Shown here: positions 1 to 9,300 of the stretch, piece after piece
How positions within the stretch are numbered: position 1 is the stretch's first letter
Layout: every line of letters starts with the position of its first letter
From: a virus
Taxonomy: Duplodnaviria > Caudoviricetes
Direction: 5' to 3' (one strand)
DNA: 27,755 bases
Virus record (IMG/VR): IMGVR_UViG_3300048611_000003
Coordinates: 1 to 27,755 of that record
Position numbers and translations under genes: made by a program
Notes under the pieces: model-generated
Seen by the model: the letters and a program-made list of their open reading frames with translations, nothing else
Database searches by the model: none
Told to the model about the DNA's origin: nothing

Positions 1-172
1 GCGTAGCCTTTGTATCATCTGTGTAGGCTCTGAGATTGCCGCCTCCGTTTAGTAATGAGTTGGCACCACCATCTACAGCAGCAGACGGGAAGTCAGCTGT
101 TTTAAGGACTACCGGGAAGTCGGTATGAGTACCAGAGATTGTTGGTAAGGTGTAAGTAAAACCGAAAGCCAT
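1..172 (-). CDS. DUF2341-like virion/tail-associated protein, N-terminal part (runs off the window edge)
   Basis: Not in the ORF track. Read manually: GGAG RBS, then ATG at 172, giving MAFGFTYTLPTISGTHTDFPVVLKTADFPSAAVDGGANSLLNGGGNLRAYTDDTKAT..., open to position 1. The 'DFPVVL...GGNLR' pattern resembles DUF2341-type N-termini (recall). Confidence 0.7.
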   Translation of the reverse strand, partial: MAFGFTYTLPTISGTHTDFPVVLKTADFPSAAVDGGANSLLNGGGNLRAYTDDTKAT

Positions 173-236
173 GGTTTGTCACTCCAACATTAAGGCGGGA
201 TTTTAGTCATTCAGATAGATTACCATCCCCACCCAC

Positions 237-617
237 TTAAGCTGAAGCAGAATATGTGAATGAAGTGATGGACACAGTATCAGTAGCACCAATAGCTACA
301 GAAGATAAATTAAGATCTGCACCTGAAGTAGCTACTGTACCGCGGAAGACTTCAGCATTATCTCTATCTTGAAATTTGAATAAAGCTGCAGTGCCTCCAG
401 TAGCATTAGTGTCATCATTAATTGCATTCATGGTAGCAGTACCACCAGAAGCTGCACCAAAAGCAGGTGTAGCTGTCCAAGTAAGGGTAGCTACCTCTAC
501 ATCACCACTAGTCATAATTTCAAGATCACCAGTAGTATCAGTAGTACCAGCGTCTATAGCATCAACCGTAACATCTGCAAGTTGATTACGAATTGTCGTA
601 ACATGGGTAAGTGCCAT
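237..617 (-). CDS. small beta-rich virion structural protein (tail fibre/adaptor-like)
   Basis: 126 aa, rich in T/A/G/D. Motifs 'AFGAASGG', 'GGTAALF' and 'GADLNL..I..TDTVSITSFTY' are typical of small phage tail proteins. GAGG RBS upstream. Confidence 0.7.
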   Translation of the reverse strand: MALTHVTTIRNQLADVTVDAIDAGTTDTTGDLEIMTSGDVEVATLTWTATPAFGAASGGTATMNAINDDTNATGGTAALFKFQDRDNAEVFRGTVATSGADLNLSSVAIGATDTVSITSFTYSASA

Positions 618-765
618 GGTATATTTCCTCTTTTTCTTCTTCGGTTAACATGTCGAAGATAGGTTTAGGTAAGTTCATAGGATCATCTATCTTAGGTTTA
701 CCTTGATGGTCCCGTACTAAAGCGTACCCTTGCATTTTTGAAGTACTTGCCTTAACATTAATCAT
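586..765 (-). CDS. hypothetical protein, 59 aa (below the ORF-track cutoff)
   Basis: Manual translation: MINVKASTSKMQGYALVRDHQGKPKIDDPMNLPKPIFDMLTEEEKEEIYHGTYPCYDNS*. GAGGT lies about 10 nt upstream. The ORF fills the 618-768 gap and overlaps the start of the next gene. Confidence 0.7.
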   Translation of the reverse strand: MINVKASTSKMQGYALVRDHQGKPKIDDPMNLPKPIFDMLTEEEKEEIYHGTYPCYDNS

Positions 766-768
766 ACA

Positions 769-1026
769 CTACATTACCTCAACGGTTGCACCATTGGGGA
801 ATTCTAGAGAAGTAACTCCACTAGCAATACCAGTACAACCAGCAGGCATAGTACCTGTAGTACCTGTGTCATTGATCTTGTAATCAGTAGCAGTAGACAC
901 ACGTATGCAAGTTACATTAGTGACATCTAAGGAAGCTGCTGGAGCAACCGTAGTAATAGTTACAGGAGTGAATACTTGTAGACCCTGGCCACCATAGCCA
1001 GAGTAAGGGATTATTGTCTTAGACAT
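769..1026 (-). CDS. small structural protein, paralogue of 1049..1408
   Basis: 85 aa. Shares YSGYGGQGLQxFT, Y.IN.TG..G..PAG and FP.G.T.EVM with the upstream gene. Confidence 0.7.
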   Translation of the reverse strand: MSKTIIPYSGYGGQGLQVFTPVTITTVAPAASLDVTNVTCIRVSTATDYKINDTGTTGTMPAGCTGIASGVTSLEFPNGATVEVM

Positions 1027-1048
1027 TATTATATTTCCTAATTAAGTT

Positions 1049-1408
1049 TTACATAACTTCTATTGTTCCGCCATCGGGGAACTTTATTGAAGTCACATGT
1101 TTTGCGAAACTGGTGTACGTACCTGCGGGGAGTATTCCTGTACCACCTGTACCATTTATAATATAGTTTGTATCTGAAGGTACACGTACTGCTAATACTT
1201 CTGGATTTGCACTAGTTTGTTTGATTGCTAGGGATTGCCCAGGAGAAATAACTGCTATTCTAGAAGTAGTAAATGTTTGTAATCCTTGACCACCATAACC
1301 AGAGTAAGTAATTCTTGTTCTTGGCAGTCTACTAAATTCAAAGAACTCAATTATATCCCCACCAGATACAGATTCATCTGATACAGGAACAGAAGATAAA
1401 ACAGACAT
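1049..1408 (-). CDS. small structural protein, paralogue of 769..1026 with an N-terminal extension
   Basis: 119 aa. GGAGGAG RBS lies at the end of the upstream gene. Carries the same conserved motifs as 769..1026. Confidence 0.7.
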   Translation of the reverse strand: MSVLSSVPVSDESVSGGDIIEFFEFSRLPRTRITYSGYGGQGLQTFTTSRIAVISPGQSLAIKQTSANPEVLAVRVPSDTNYIINGTGGTGILPAGTYTSFAKHVTSIKFPDGGTIEVM

Positions 1409-1414
1409 AGTTGT

Positions 1415-2209
1415 TTACTCCTCCATTACAATTTCGTAGGCTACTACTTTTAAACCATTCACTCTATAGGTTCTAGAATTGGAAGAATTTATCTGAACCT
1501 TAATAGCTTCTACATCCTTCTTATAACTTGAGAATTCAATAGGTACTTCAACTCCAGTATTAAATGTAATAGGGAATGAATTTATTGGGAATCCTGTTCC
1601 AGGTACTGTCTTATCATCCATAAGGAAAATCTTGACTACAGCGGAACTAGAACCACCAAGGTTCACCAAGGATAATCTAAATGTTAATTCAGTCTGTGCT
1701 GCTAACTGATCAATAATTACACCACCGTTACCCCCGTCAAAAGCAGCATCTAGTTCTAACTTACCCGTGCCTACATTGAAAGTAGTAAAATTATTACTCC
1801 CAGAACCAGTAAGCTTAAGAGTAGTATCTACTCCAGCATCTACGGTTGTTTCAGCAGTAGCATCTTGAGCATTAGAGATATTATTTATATATAGATGTGT
1901 AGTTCCTGCAATATGTTCAGCAGAATTTACCACAAAAATATTCTTATTACCTGCAGACCAATCTACAGCTAACCCTGAATTACTACTACTAAATATTGTA
2001 TCCCTAGTAAGAGTATCAGGAGAACTATTCGTAACGGTACCAACCCCAACTTCCCAATCTGTACCGTCTGTTGCAGTATAGTGACATTCATTGCCATCGC
2101 CAACACCAGATACAAATGTTTGATACGCTGTGATAGCCCCATCTAAACTGTACGTTCCAGTACCAACAGTGGTAGTTTGTTCCTTAACCCTATCAGCTAT
2201 CTTAGTCAT
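1415..2209 (-). CDS. tail fibre/receptor-binding-like protein with a conserved N-terminal anchor domain
   Basis: The first ~95 aa ('ADRVKEQTTTVGTGT..L.GA...YQTF...DWEVGVGT....TLTRDTI.SSSNSG..VDWSAGNKNIFV') match a widespread phage tail-protein N-terminal module (recall). The C-terminal half is beta-strand rich. Confidence 0.7.
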   Translation of the reverse strand: MTKIADRVKEQTTTVGTGTYSLDGAITAYQTFVSGVGDGNECHYTATDGTDWEVGVGTVTNSSPDTLTRDTIFSSSNSGLAVDWSAGNKNIFVVNSAEHIAGTTHLYINNISNAQDATAETTVDAGVDTTLKLTGSGSNNFTTFNVGTGKLELDAAFDGGNGGVIIDQLAAQTELTFRLSLVNLGGSSSAVVKIFLMDDKTVPGTGFPINSFPITFNTGVEVPIEFSSYKKDVEAIKVQINSSNSRTYRVNGLKVVAYEIVMEE

Positions 2210-4695
2210 TATTTATTCCTATCATGTGGAGATCTTAATTGATCTTGAGGAGGGACTGATTCAGTTTCGAAAGGAGGGATATTTATTCGGTCTTCCTCAT
2301 TGAATAATATCCTTGCCTCTACATTCCTTGCTTCTACTTCTCCTGCGATAGCTTGGTATTTAGAGAAAGCTTGCCGCTCTACATCTCTCATTGCATAAAA
2401 AGCTTCAAGAGCATCGAATATTTCTTCTGATTTACCACTACTCTTAAGATTTTCTAATACACCTTTTTGGAAAATACTTAATCTCCTACCTTCTTTTACA
2501 GCGTTAAAGGTATCAAGGATAGCAGTTCTAGTAAGAGCCACAGATGCAAATAGATCTTCTACTCTCTTTTTAATTTTAGGTGCTACGTTATTAAAACCTT
2601 TTGGTAAGAAATCATCCATACTTCCACCAGACACGAAGCCTTCTATATCCTGTATAGCATGTTGGACTTCATGTAAGATAGTAGAGATAGCCTTATCATC
2701 ACTCAGTTTAGCATTAATAAATAATCTGTTAGTCTCAGAATTGTACGCTCCCATTATACCGGAAGCGAATACCGGAGTGTCAACTACTTCAATATTTCTT
2801 AACTGTGGGTATTGTAAGAATAGCTCTGGATGATCTAACACTTTATCTAAAGATAAACCTCTTTCATTTGAAGGTAGGGGTAAATCCAAAAACATGAGAT
2901 CAGGTAGAGAGGGGTCCCCTTGGAGGAAAGACATAGTAGACCTTCTCTTAGGTACTATGATCTTAGCTGGGGAGTCATCTATTTCAAATCTCCATCCACC
3001 ATCTCTACCTCTGAACCAACCAGTATCTTTACGAACAGTTTCTTTGTCTGTTCCTTTAATAATAGATTTAGCAGCCCTAACAAAGTTAGTATCATACCCA
3101 CCAGCTTTTCTAACACCAGCAAATATTGACAGGCCGACATCACCAACAACAGGTACGGCTTCAAAGGCTATATCAGAAATACCTTCAGTAGTTCTACCTG
3201 CAGCTATCTTCTCTGTACCTGCCCTCAACACATCAGCTGAGGATGAAGGGCTAAGCTCTGTAATGAAAGAACCTACATCTGCTAATCGTTGAGAGGTAGC
3301 TCTTTCAAAGCCTAATGAATCAGCTACATTAAATATTTTTTCCCATGCATCACCAGGGGCTGTCCTAACTTCTGGAGTAATCGTATCAACCACTTCTCCA
3401 GAACCACCAGCACTCCTCTGCATAAGAAGCCTCTCTTCCTCTGGGAGGTCTAGATCCTCATCCCTAATTATACGAGGAACCTCAAGAGATTTAGATCTCT
3501 CCTGTGCTTCCTTCACAGCATCTTCTACTGTGGCAAAAGGCTGTAACTCTCTACCTGTTATAGGGTCAAAGAACTTACCTTGTGTCTGAGTTTCCATTAT
3601 ACGTTGGGTAGCTTCGTCATCATCTACAAAGGAACCATCGTATACAGTAGGTATGTTATACCACAAACCATCCAATGGAATTGTGATACTCCTTTCTGTA
3701 ACTTGATCTCCGTATTGATTCTGATAGACAGGTCTACCCTCTGGTGTTAGCATCGCCTCTCCGTTCTCCGTTATTGGGGAGAGGCGTTCTCCCTCCCCCG
3801 CCAAGAACATCTCCTGACCGGCTTCTCCAGTCTGTTGTAAGAGATTTAAGTATGACTCTACATCTACTAAAGATTGGTTAGAACCAACACCAGAGTAGTA
3901 ACTACTACCTACCTTTCTCTTACCGATGTCTTTAACTACAGGTAGGGCAGCCCACTCTTTGGCTAAGTTATTACCAAATTCATGCACATCAATACTACCC
4001 TTAAGGTACGAATTAAGCCCCCGCTTCTTTAACAGTTGTACAAACATCTCATCTTGTAGCTCAGGGGTAAACAACTCATTCCCTTTTAGATTCATCTGAC
4101 GTGTGAGATCTTTAAGAGTAGAGTTGATGATCTGGTATCTACCTACTGCAGAAGACTCATGACCTATACGGAGCATCCTATTCTGCATTTGGAACACTTC
4201 ATTGATACTCATTGTATCTAAAGGAGCAGACTTATTCCTGCCTTGAATCTGGTTGTAGCCCTCAGGGGCCTCCAGATTCCCTATGAAGTCTGATAGTTGT
4301 TTAACCATATCTACCTGAGGGGTACGTGCTACAGGCTCTTGTACGGGCTCTGAGATACCTTCCTGAGGGGGTAGCTCAACAGGTGCAGACTCAGGAGTAG
4401 GTGGCTCTTGGAGGATAGGAGGTTCTTCTGCTTCAGGTTCTATAGCTACAGGCTTATTCCTACGTGCAGCTAGATCCATAGGGCGTTCTATCCTACCTAC
4501 TTCTAAGGCCATAGCTACTTCTTCAGGAGTTAAGAGATCTACTATATCTGAATCATCATCTTCAACAACAGGTGCAAGTGGAGAAGTTTCAGTAATAGCA
4601 GTTGACTCTGTTTCTTCACTATCCCTTGGAAGGATATCACCCACCTTATCAAATAACTTATCTACACCTTCTGTAAATTTATCTAGTATCGTCAT
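2209..4695 (-). CDS. multidomain virion protein: lysozyme-like muramidase + uncharacterised domain + LPD23-like domain with HEXXH metallopeptidase motif
   Basis: Lysozyme-superfamily motifs: IGNLEAPEGYN, SSAVGRYQII..TL, FTPELQD, EWAALP. LPD23-like motifs: TGWFRGRDGGWRFEIDD, LDHPELFLQYP. Zincin-like motifs: STILHEVQHAIQDIEGF, GEVEARNV. Start moved to 4695 because GGAGG abuts the ATG at 4701 but lies 6 nt before the ATG at 4695. Confidence 0.8.
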   Translation of the reverse strand: MTILDKFTEGVDKLFDKVGDILPRDSEETESTAITETSPLAPVVEDDDSDIVDLLTPEEVAMALEVGRIERPMDLAARRNKPVAIEPEAEEPPILQEPPTPESAPVELPPQEGISEPVQEPVARTPQVDMVKQLSDFIGNLEAPEGYNQIQGRNKSAPLDTMSINEVFQMQNRMLRIGHESSAVGRYQIINSTLKDLTRQMNLKGNELFTPELQDEMFVQLLKKRGLNSYLKGSIDVHEFGNNLAKEWAALPVVKDIGKRKVGSSYYSGVGSNQSLVDVESYLNLLQQTGEAGQEMFLAGEGERLSPITENGEAMLTPEGRPVYQNQYGDQVTERSITIPLDGLWYNIPTVYDGSFVDDDEATQRIMETQTQGKFFDPITGRELQPFATVEDAVKEAQERSKSLEVPRIIRDEDLDLPEEERLLMQRSAGGSGEVVDTITPEVRTAPGDAWEKIFNVADSLGFERATSQRLADVGSFITELSPSSSADVLRAGTEKIAAGRTTEGISDIAFEAVPVVGDVGLSIFAGVRKAGGYDTNFVRAAKSIIKGTDKETVRKDTGWFRGRDGGWRFEIDDSPAKIIVPKRRSTMSFLQGDPSLPDLMFLDLPLPSNERGLSLDKVLDHPELFLQYPQLRNIEVVDTPVFASGIMGAYNSETNRLFINAKLSDDKAISTILHEVQHAIQDIEGFVSGGSMDDFLPKGFNNVAPKIKKRVEDLFASVALTRTAILDTFNAVKEGRRLSIFQKGVLENLKSSGKSEEIFDALEAFYAMRDVERQAFSKYQAIAGEVEARNVEARILFNEEDRINIPPFETESVPPQDQLRSPHDRNK

Positions 4696-7600
4696 CTCCA
4701 TCCTCCGGTGTTACCATAGGTTTAGGACTAACAGTTACTTTCCCTGTAGAATATTTCTGTCTGAGTAGTTCTCTCAAACGTTCACTCTTCTCTTCAGATG
4801 TATCTTCTGAACTCTTAAAATCTTCAAGAAGAATCTGTTCTTCTCTATCTTCCTCTGACATCTTTTGCAACTCTTCTAGTGTCATATCAGGATAGAACCA
4901 GTCACGAACAAAGTTCATTGGAGACCAATCAGTAAAGTTAAGAGGACTGAGATCTTCAGGTAAGTGTTCGAAAGGATCAAAATCTTCAGGGGCTATCTCA
5001 GGAGAGGATAACCATTTACGGAAGTTCTTTCTCCAATCCTCAGTTCCATCTGGAGTAGCGATAGACCATATAATCTCAGCAGGTAATGGGAGACGGGTAA
5101 GGTTAGCAGCTTCTTTAGCTAGAGCATCTCTAAGCTTACCTTCATCTCCTGATAACTCTTCAATAGCTCCACCAACTGTACGCAAACCAATTGAAGGGGC
5201 AGGTCCTAACCAAGAGTAAATAGGATCTTGACTAAATTTATCTGCCTGGAAAGCATGGTGCACTGTAGCCGAATGACCTAGCATACCAGAAGTATCTAGG
5301 ACCCTGAGCATATGATCCATACCTTCTTCTGCAGGAGCTTCTGGATTTCCATCTGGACCCCATTTAATGATATCTTTAATCATTAAGCCTGCTTCAGTGG
5401 CAGCATACATCAGAGGTATAACTGTAGCTACACGAGCAGCCTTACTAGCAGAACTAAAAGCCTCTGCCTTAAAGGTTTCTTTAGTCAGATCACCAGATGC
5501 TATATCCTGACTGATATTAACCCAAGGTCTAAAAATACCCTCACCCCAATCCCTTAAAACAATATTAGAAAAAGCTACAGGGTAAGCTTTAAGCTGAGTT
5601 AATAGAAGAAATTCAGGTGAGTTCTGAATAGCTGGTCTAACAGTAGAGTCTGGGTGTATCACTGTACTGTCTGTGAATCTTAGAGCCCCTCTCTGTATTT
5701 GAGTATAGAAAGGATCTTTCTGACTAGCACCACGCTTTAACCAAGCCAGTCCTTCATCTATACTAATGCCCATCTCTATAAGCTCTTTGCCTCTATGCTG
5801 GGCGATAACAGATTTAGGACCTCTCTTCTCAATAGCCTTAAGATTATTAATAGCCTTAAGCCTACCAGTATGGAATGCGGATACTTGAACAAACTTAACC
5901 CATTCAGATAACAGATTAGTAACGAAGTTAACATTATTCACTTTCTGCATGGCACTGGACATGATTTCACTACCACCCAGCATAGCATTAAGTCTGGAAG
6001 CTGCAGCAGTATCTGTAGCCAAGCCAACTGCTTGGGCTGCTTCGTAAGATCTAGCTTCAGGAGTATTCCTGAGAACCTTACCGAAGTAATGCTTAGGCAC
6101 TGCAGCTGTAGCTTGCATCAATCCACCTACAGAATCCCTCAGTCTAGCTTTAGAGAAAGGAATGAATGCTTCACCTAAAGAAGATAGTGTAGCCATATGT
6201 AATAACATCACACGCATAGCAGTAGCTATACCTTCTTGAGCTACGTTAGGATCCAACTTAACAGTAGCACCACCTACCTTCACAGACCTTACATCTAACT
6301 TACGTAGTCCTTGAATGTTCTGGAGTATCCTAGATATAGCGGCAACTTCATCATTTCGTATAGGCCTGCCTGCTTCTTTAGACTCCTTAAGAATCTGTTC
6401 AAGCATAGTCTCTACTTTCTCACCACCATATCCAAACAACTGAGCATAAGTAATCTTACCTGAACCACGTTCAATATACTTAGTAAGAGCATCAAGTACA
6501 TTAGTATTATAAAACTTCTTATACCTATCAATACTAAGATCAAGAGTACGAGATCCACCAGAAAGAATCTTAGACCCTCTCATACCAAATCTACGATCAT
6601 CAGCCTTACGAGGCGTGATACCTAAATCAGCATCAGCTTCATCAAGTAACTTCTGGATGATATCATCCTGTCTTACCTTATCTACATATCCATCTCCAGC
6701 TAGCAATCTACGAAACTCATCTTCATTCTTAAAGAGAGCTCGTTTGTTAATCTGGCGAGGGAAGAAATCCTTTATGTAGGCTGACTTCTCAGGAGACTGA
6801 GCAAGGAACTCATCAAGGATACCACGTACTTCTCTAGCTACACCTAACATATCTTCTGGAAGTTCTTCTCTACTAACACCATTAAGCCAGTTCCATATCC
6901 TATCGTTAGCATCATCAGTTAACTTACCACGATAGGTTTTATTACTGTTGTCTAACTGAGCGAAGGCATCACGAAGTTTAGTGCTGAACTTACCTATCAT
7001 ATACTGAGTACTCTCAGTATAGCTGTACTGCCCAGCCTCTGGTCCCATATGAACAGCATCATGCCGCAGTGTATTGGCCAGCTTCCCAGCAGTAGGAGAC
7101 ACTTCAGCTAAAGATTTGAGTCTATCGGTAGATCTATACCAAAGAGTAGAACCAATATCTCTAACAACATTGAGTATTTTATCTGGCACAGAAGTACCAC
7201 GTTGCTTAAAGAAGAGATCTTCTACTAGTGCATCGTTAACAGTAGAGGGTTGTGGTCGAGTATCCATAGTGCGACCAATAGAAGACACATCTTCAATAGC
7301 AGGAGTCTTACCTAGCATCTTAGCTGCAGCTCCCCTCTGTGTGTTCTTAGCCACACGAGAAAACTTCATACCATCTGTGCTGAACAAAGTAAACTTCCCA
7401 TCTACTTTATGTTGTACACGTAGCTTAGCCAGTTCATCATCTGATATCTTACCTAGTATAGGTCCTTCTTCTAAGAAATCTACAGCTTTGTATCTAGGTG
7501 TAAGATCTAATCTGATAGCTAGCCCCTTACGAATAGCTGCATTCAATTGAACTTCATCTGCTATTTCTTTAAGGAAGTATTTACTTTCTATTATATTATC

Positions 7601-9298
7601 AGAGGTAGCCCTATGATTATCTAGAACTCTAGCAAGTTCTTCTTCTCTTCTACGTAATTGAGAACGAAGATTCTGTACCTTGTCAATCCATTCAGTGCCT
7701 ATCTCAGGAACTAATGGACGTTCTGGTAACAGTGTGCCTTCTGGTACCTTATGTAATCCAGGTTCAAATACTTCCCCAGGTTTAGTAGCTTTCCTAGAAG
7801 CTTCTGTGGCTTCCTCTACTGCTTTCTCAGCTGGTATGTCATCTACTATACCCTTGATACCACCTATCCCTTCAGCAAAGTCATACATGCCTTGTAGCTC
7901 ACGTACAACACTGTCTATCTGTTGGGTGATTGGTTTGATCTGTTCTTCAATCTTTTTAAGATCTTTTTGTGCAACATTAAGAAAGTTCTTAGTTTCAGTA
8001 CGAGCCTTCATTCTTTCCTTAAAGGGCAGCTCCTCTGTCCTAGCTCTGTATATTTCTCTGGCCTTATCAATCTCATCAAGCTGTTTATCTATACCCAACA
8101 TATGGACCTGCATATCATCCATTAGCTGCTGACCAGTAGGTATATTCTGTTGCTTCCACTCTACAGTGTGCGCTCTCTGTTGGTCTGCCAGATCTAAGTT
8201 ATACTTATGACTTGGGTTAAATAGATCTTCTGAATTCTCAAAGAAAACATCTAGAGCATCTTTAGTGGGCTGTCCTTTCCATGTAAGGTAAGACCACTTA
8301 CCTACGTCAAATGCACCTGATAGAGCAGTAGCAAACATAACACCCTCAGCTGCAATAGCAGCTTTAGCTGATAGCTCTGAATCTTCTGGATCTATACGTA
8401 ATGCTTGTACTATAGGGTTGTCACTCTCAGGAAACATCATACCAGTAATTGTCTGGTCTTCTCTATTTGCAACTAGGAAATCCCCAGCCGAGCTACGGAT
8501 AACATTATCTAATACATACCTATAAGCAGTATTACTAACAGCCAATGGGTTACGTAATCCATTAATAGGGGCAGTGAGTAAATATCCAGTAAGGTATTCA
8601 GAGATAGTAGATACAATTTCTCCCGGCTTAGTATCCAGGTCAAAATCCATCTCACCAATATAAATGTTATTAGTATCTCTCTCCAATACTTTACTATAAA
8701 GATCTTCTTGTTTCTGGATAGGACTTACAATAAAGTTGACAGTATCGATAAGAGCATTACCAACCCCCTCAACAATAGCTTTAGTAACATCCCATGCGTA
8801 CTCAAGACCATCAGGTCCTGGGATAAGAGATTCTCTCCATTCAGGATTATTCTCAAACACACGTTCCACAGTAAGACCAGAAAGATTAATCTCCATCCCT
8901 TCCTTAGGATCTAGCTGAACAGCTATCTCTCCATACTCACGGGGAGTAACACCATGTTCATCAGGAGTATCCATACGAATAAGCTCTTGCTGCTCATCTT
9001 CCCCAGCTTGCATGAAGTGACTCTCAAATATTTGGTCATACTCATCTGGTGTAGGATCTTCTACTACAGGACCAGTAGGTGACTTCTTATCTGATTGTGT
9101 AACAGGCTCACTATTGTTAAGTAGTGTGGGATTTGTATCTTCGGGTATCTCTATTGTTTCATCAGGATATAACTCCTGATATAATTGATCATATTCTTCA
9201 GGAGTCAGCTCTGCTTCATCTTCTTCGGGTTGCTCAAAAGCAGTCCCACGAAGACGAGCTTTATCTCTTTCATATAAAGAGAATTTTTCAGTAGCCAT
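4679..9298 (-). CDS. large internal virion / ejection protein (positional analogue of T7 gp16)
   Basis: 1539 aa, with an acidic N-terminus, coiled-coil middle and helical C-terminal region. It is the largest gene in the block after the tail genes. The call is positional. Confidence 0.65.
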   Translation of the reverse strand: MATEKFSLYERDKARLRGTAFEQPEEDEAELTPEEYDQLYQELYPDETIEIPEDTNPTLLNNSEPVTQSDKKSPTGPVVEDPTPDEYDQIFESHFMQAGEDEQQELIRMDTPDEHGVTPREYGEIAVQLDPKEGMEINLSGLTVERVFENNPEWRESLIPGPDGLEYAWDVTKAIVEGVGNALIDTVNFIVSPIQKQEDLYSKVLERDTNNIYIGEMDFDLDTKPGEIVSTISEYLTGYLLTAPINGLRNPLAVSNTAYRYVLDNVIRSSAGDFLVANREDQTITGMMFPESDNPIVQALRIDPEDSELSAKAAIAAEGVMFATALSGAFDVGKWSYLTWKGQPTKDALDVFFENSEDLFNPSHKYNLDLADQQRAHTVEWKQQNIPTGQQLMDDMQVHMLGIDKQLDEIDKAREIYRARTEELPFKERMKARTETKNFLNVAQKDLKKIEEQIKPITQQIDSVVRELQGMYDFAEGIGGIKGIVDDIPAEKAVEEATEASRKATKPGEVFEPGLHKVPEGTLLPERPLVPEIGTEWIDKVQNLRSQLRRREEELARVLDNHRATSDNIIESKYFLKEIADEVQLNAAIRKGLAIRLDLTPRYKAVDFLEEGPILGKISDDELAKLRVQHKVDGKFTLFSTDGMKFSRVAKNTQRGAAAKMLGKTPAIEDVSSIGRTMDTRPQPSTVNDALVEDLFFKQRGTSVPDKILNVVRDIGSTLWYRSTDRLKSLAEVSPTAGKLANTLRHDAVHMGPEAGQYSYTESTQYMIGKFSTKLRDAFAQLDNSNKTYRGKLTDDANDRIWNWLNGVSREELPEDMLGVAREVRGILDEFLAQSPEKSAYIKDFFPRQINKRALFKNEDEFRRLLAGDGYVDKVRQDDIIQKLLDEADADLGITPRKADDRRFGMRGSKILSGGSRTLDLSIDRYKKFYNTNVLDALTKYIERGSGKITYAQLFGYGGEKVETMLEQILKESKEAGRPIRNDEVAAISRILQNIQGLRKLDVRSVKVGGATVKLDPNVAQEGIATAMRVMLLHMATLSSLGEAFIPFSKARLRDSVGGLMQATAAVPKHYFGKVLRNTPEARSYEAAQAVGLATDTAAASRLNAMLGGSEIMSSAMQKVNNVNFVTNLLSEWVKFVQVSAFHTGRLKAINNLKAIEKRGPKSVIAQHRGKELIEMGISIDEGLAWLKRGASQKDPFYTQIQRGALRFTDSTVIHPDSTVRPAIQNSPEFLLLTQLKAYPVAFSNIVLRDWGEGIFRPWVNISQDIASGDLTKETFKAEAFSSASKAARVATVIPLMYAATEAGLMIKDIIKWGPDGNPEAPAEEGMDHMLRVLDTSGMLGHSATVHHAFQADKFSQDPIYSWLGPAPSIGLRTVGGAIEELSGDEGKLRDALAKEAANLTRLPLPAEIIWSIATPDGTEDWRKNFRKWLSSPEIAPEDFDPFEHLPEDLSPLNFTDWSPMNFVRDWFYPDMTLEELQKMSEEDREEQILLEDFKSSEDTSEEKSERLRELLRQKYSTGKVTVSPKPMVTPEDGDDDTR

Positions 9299-9300
9299 AC

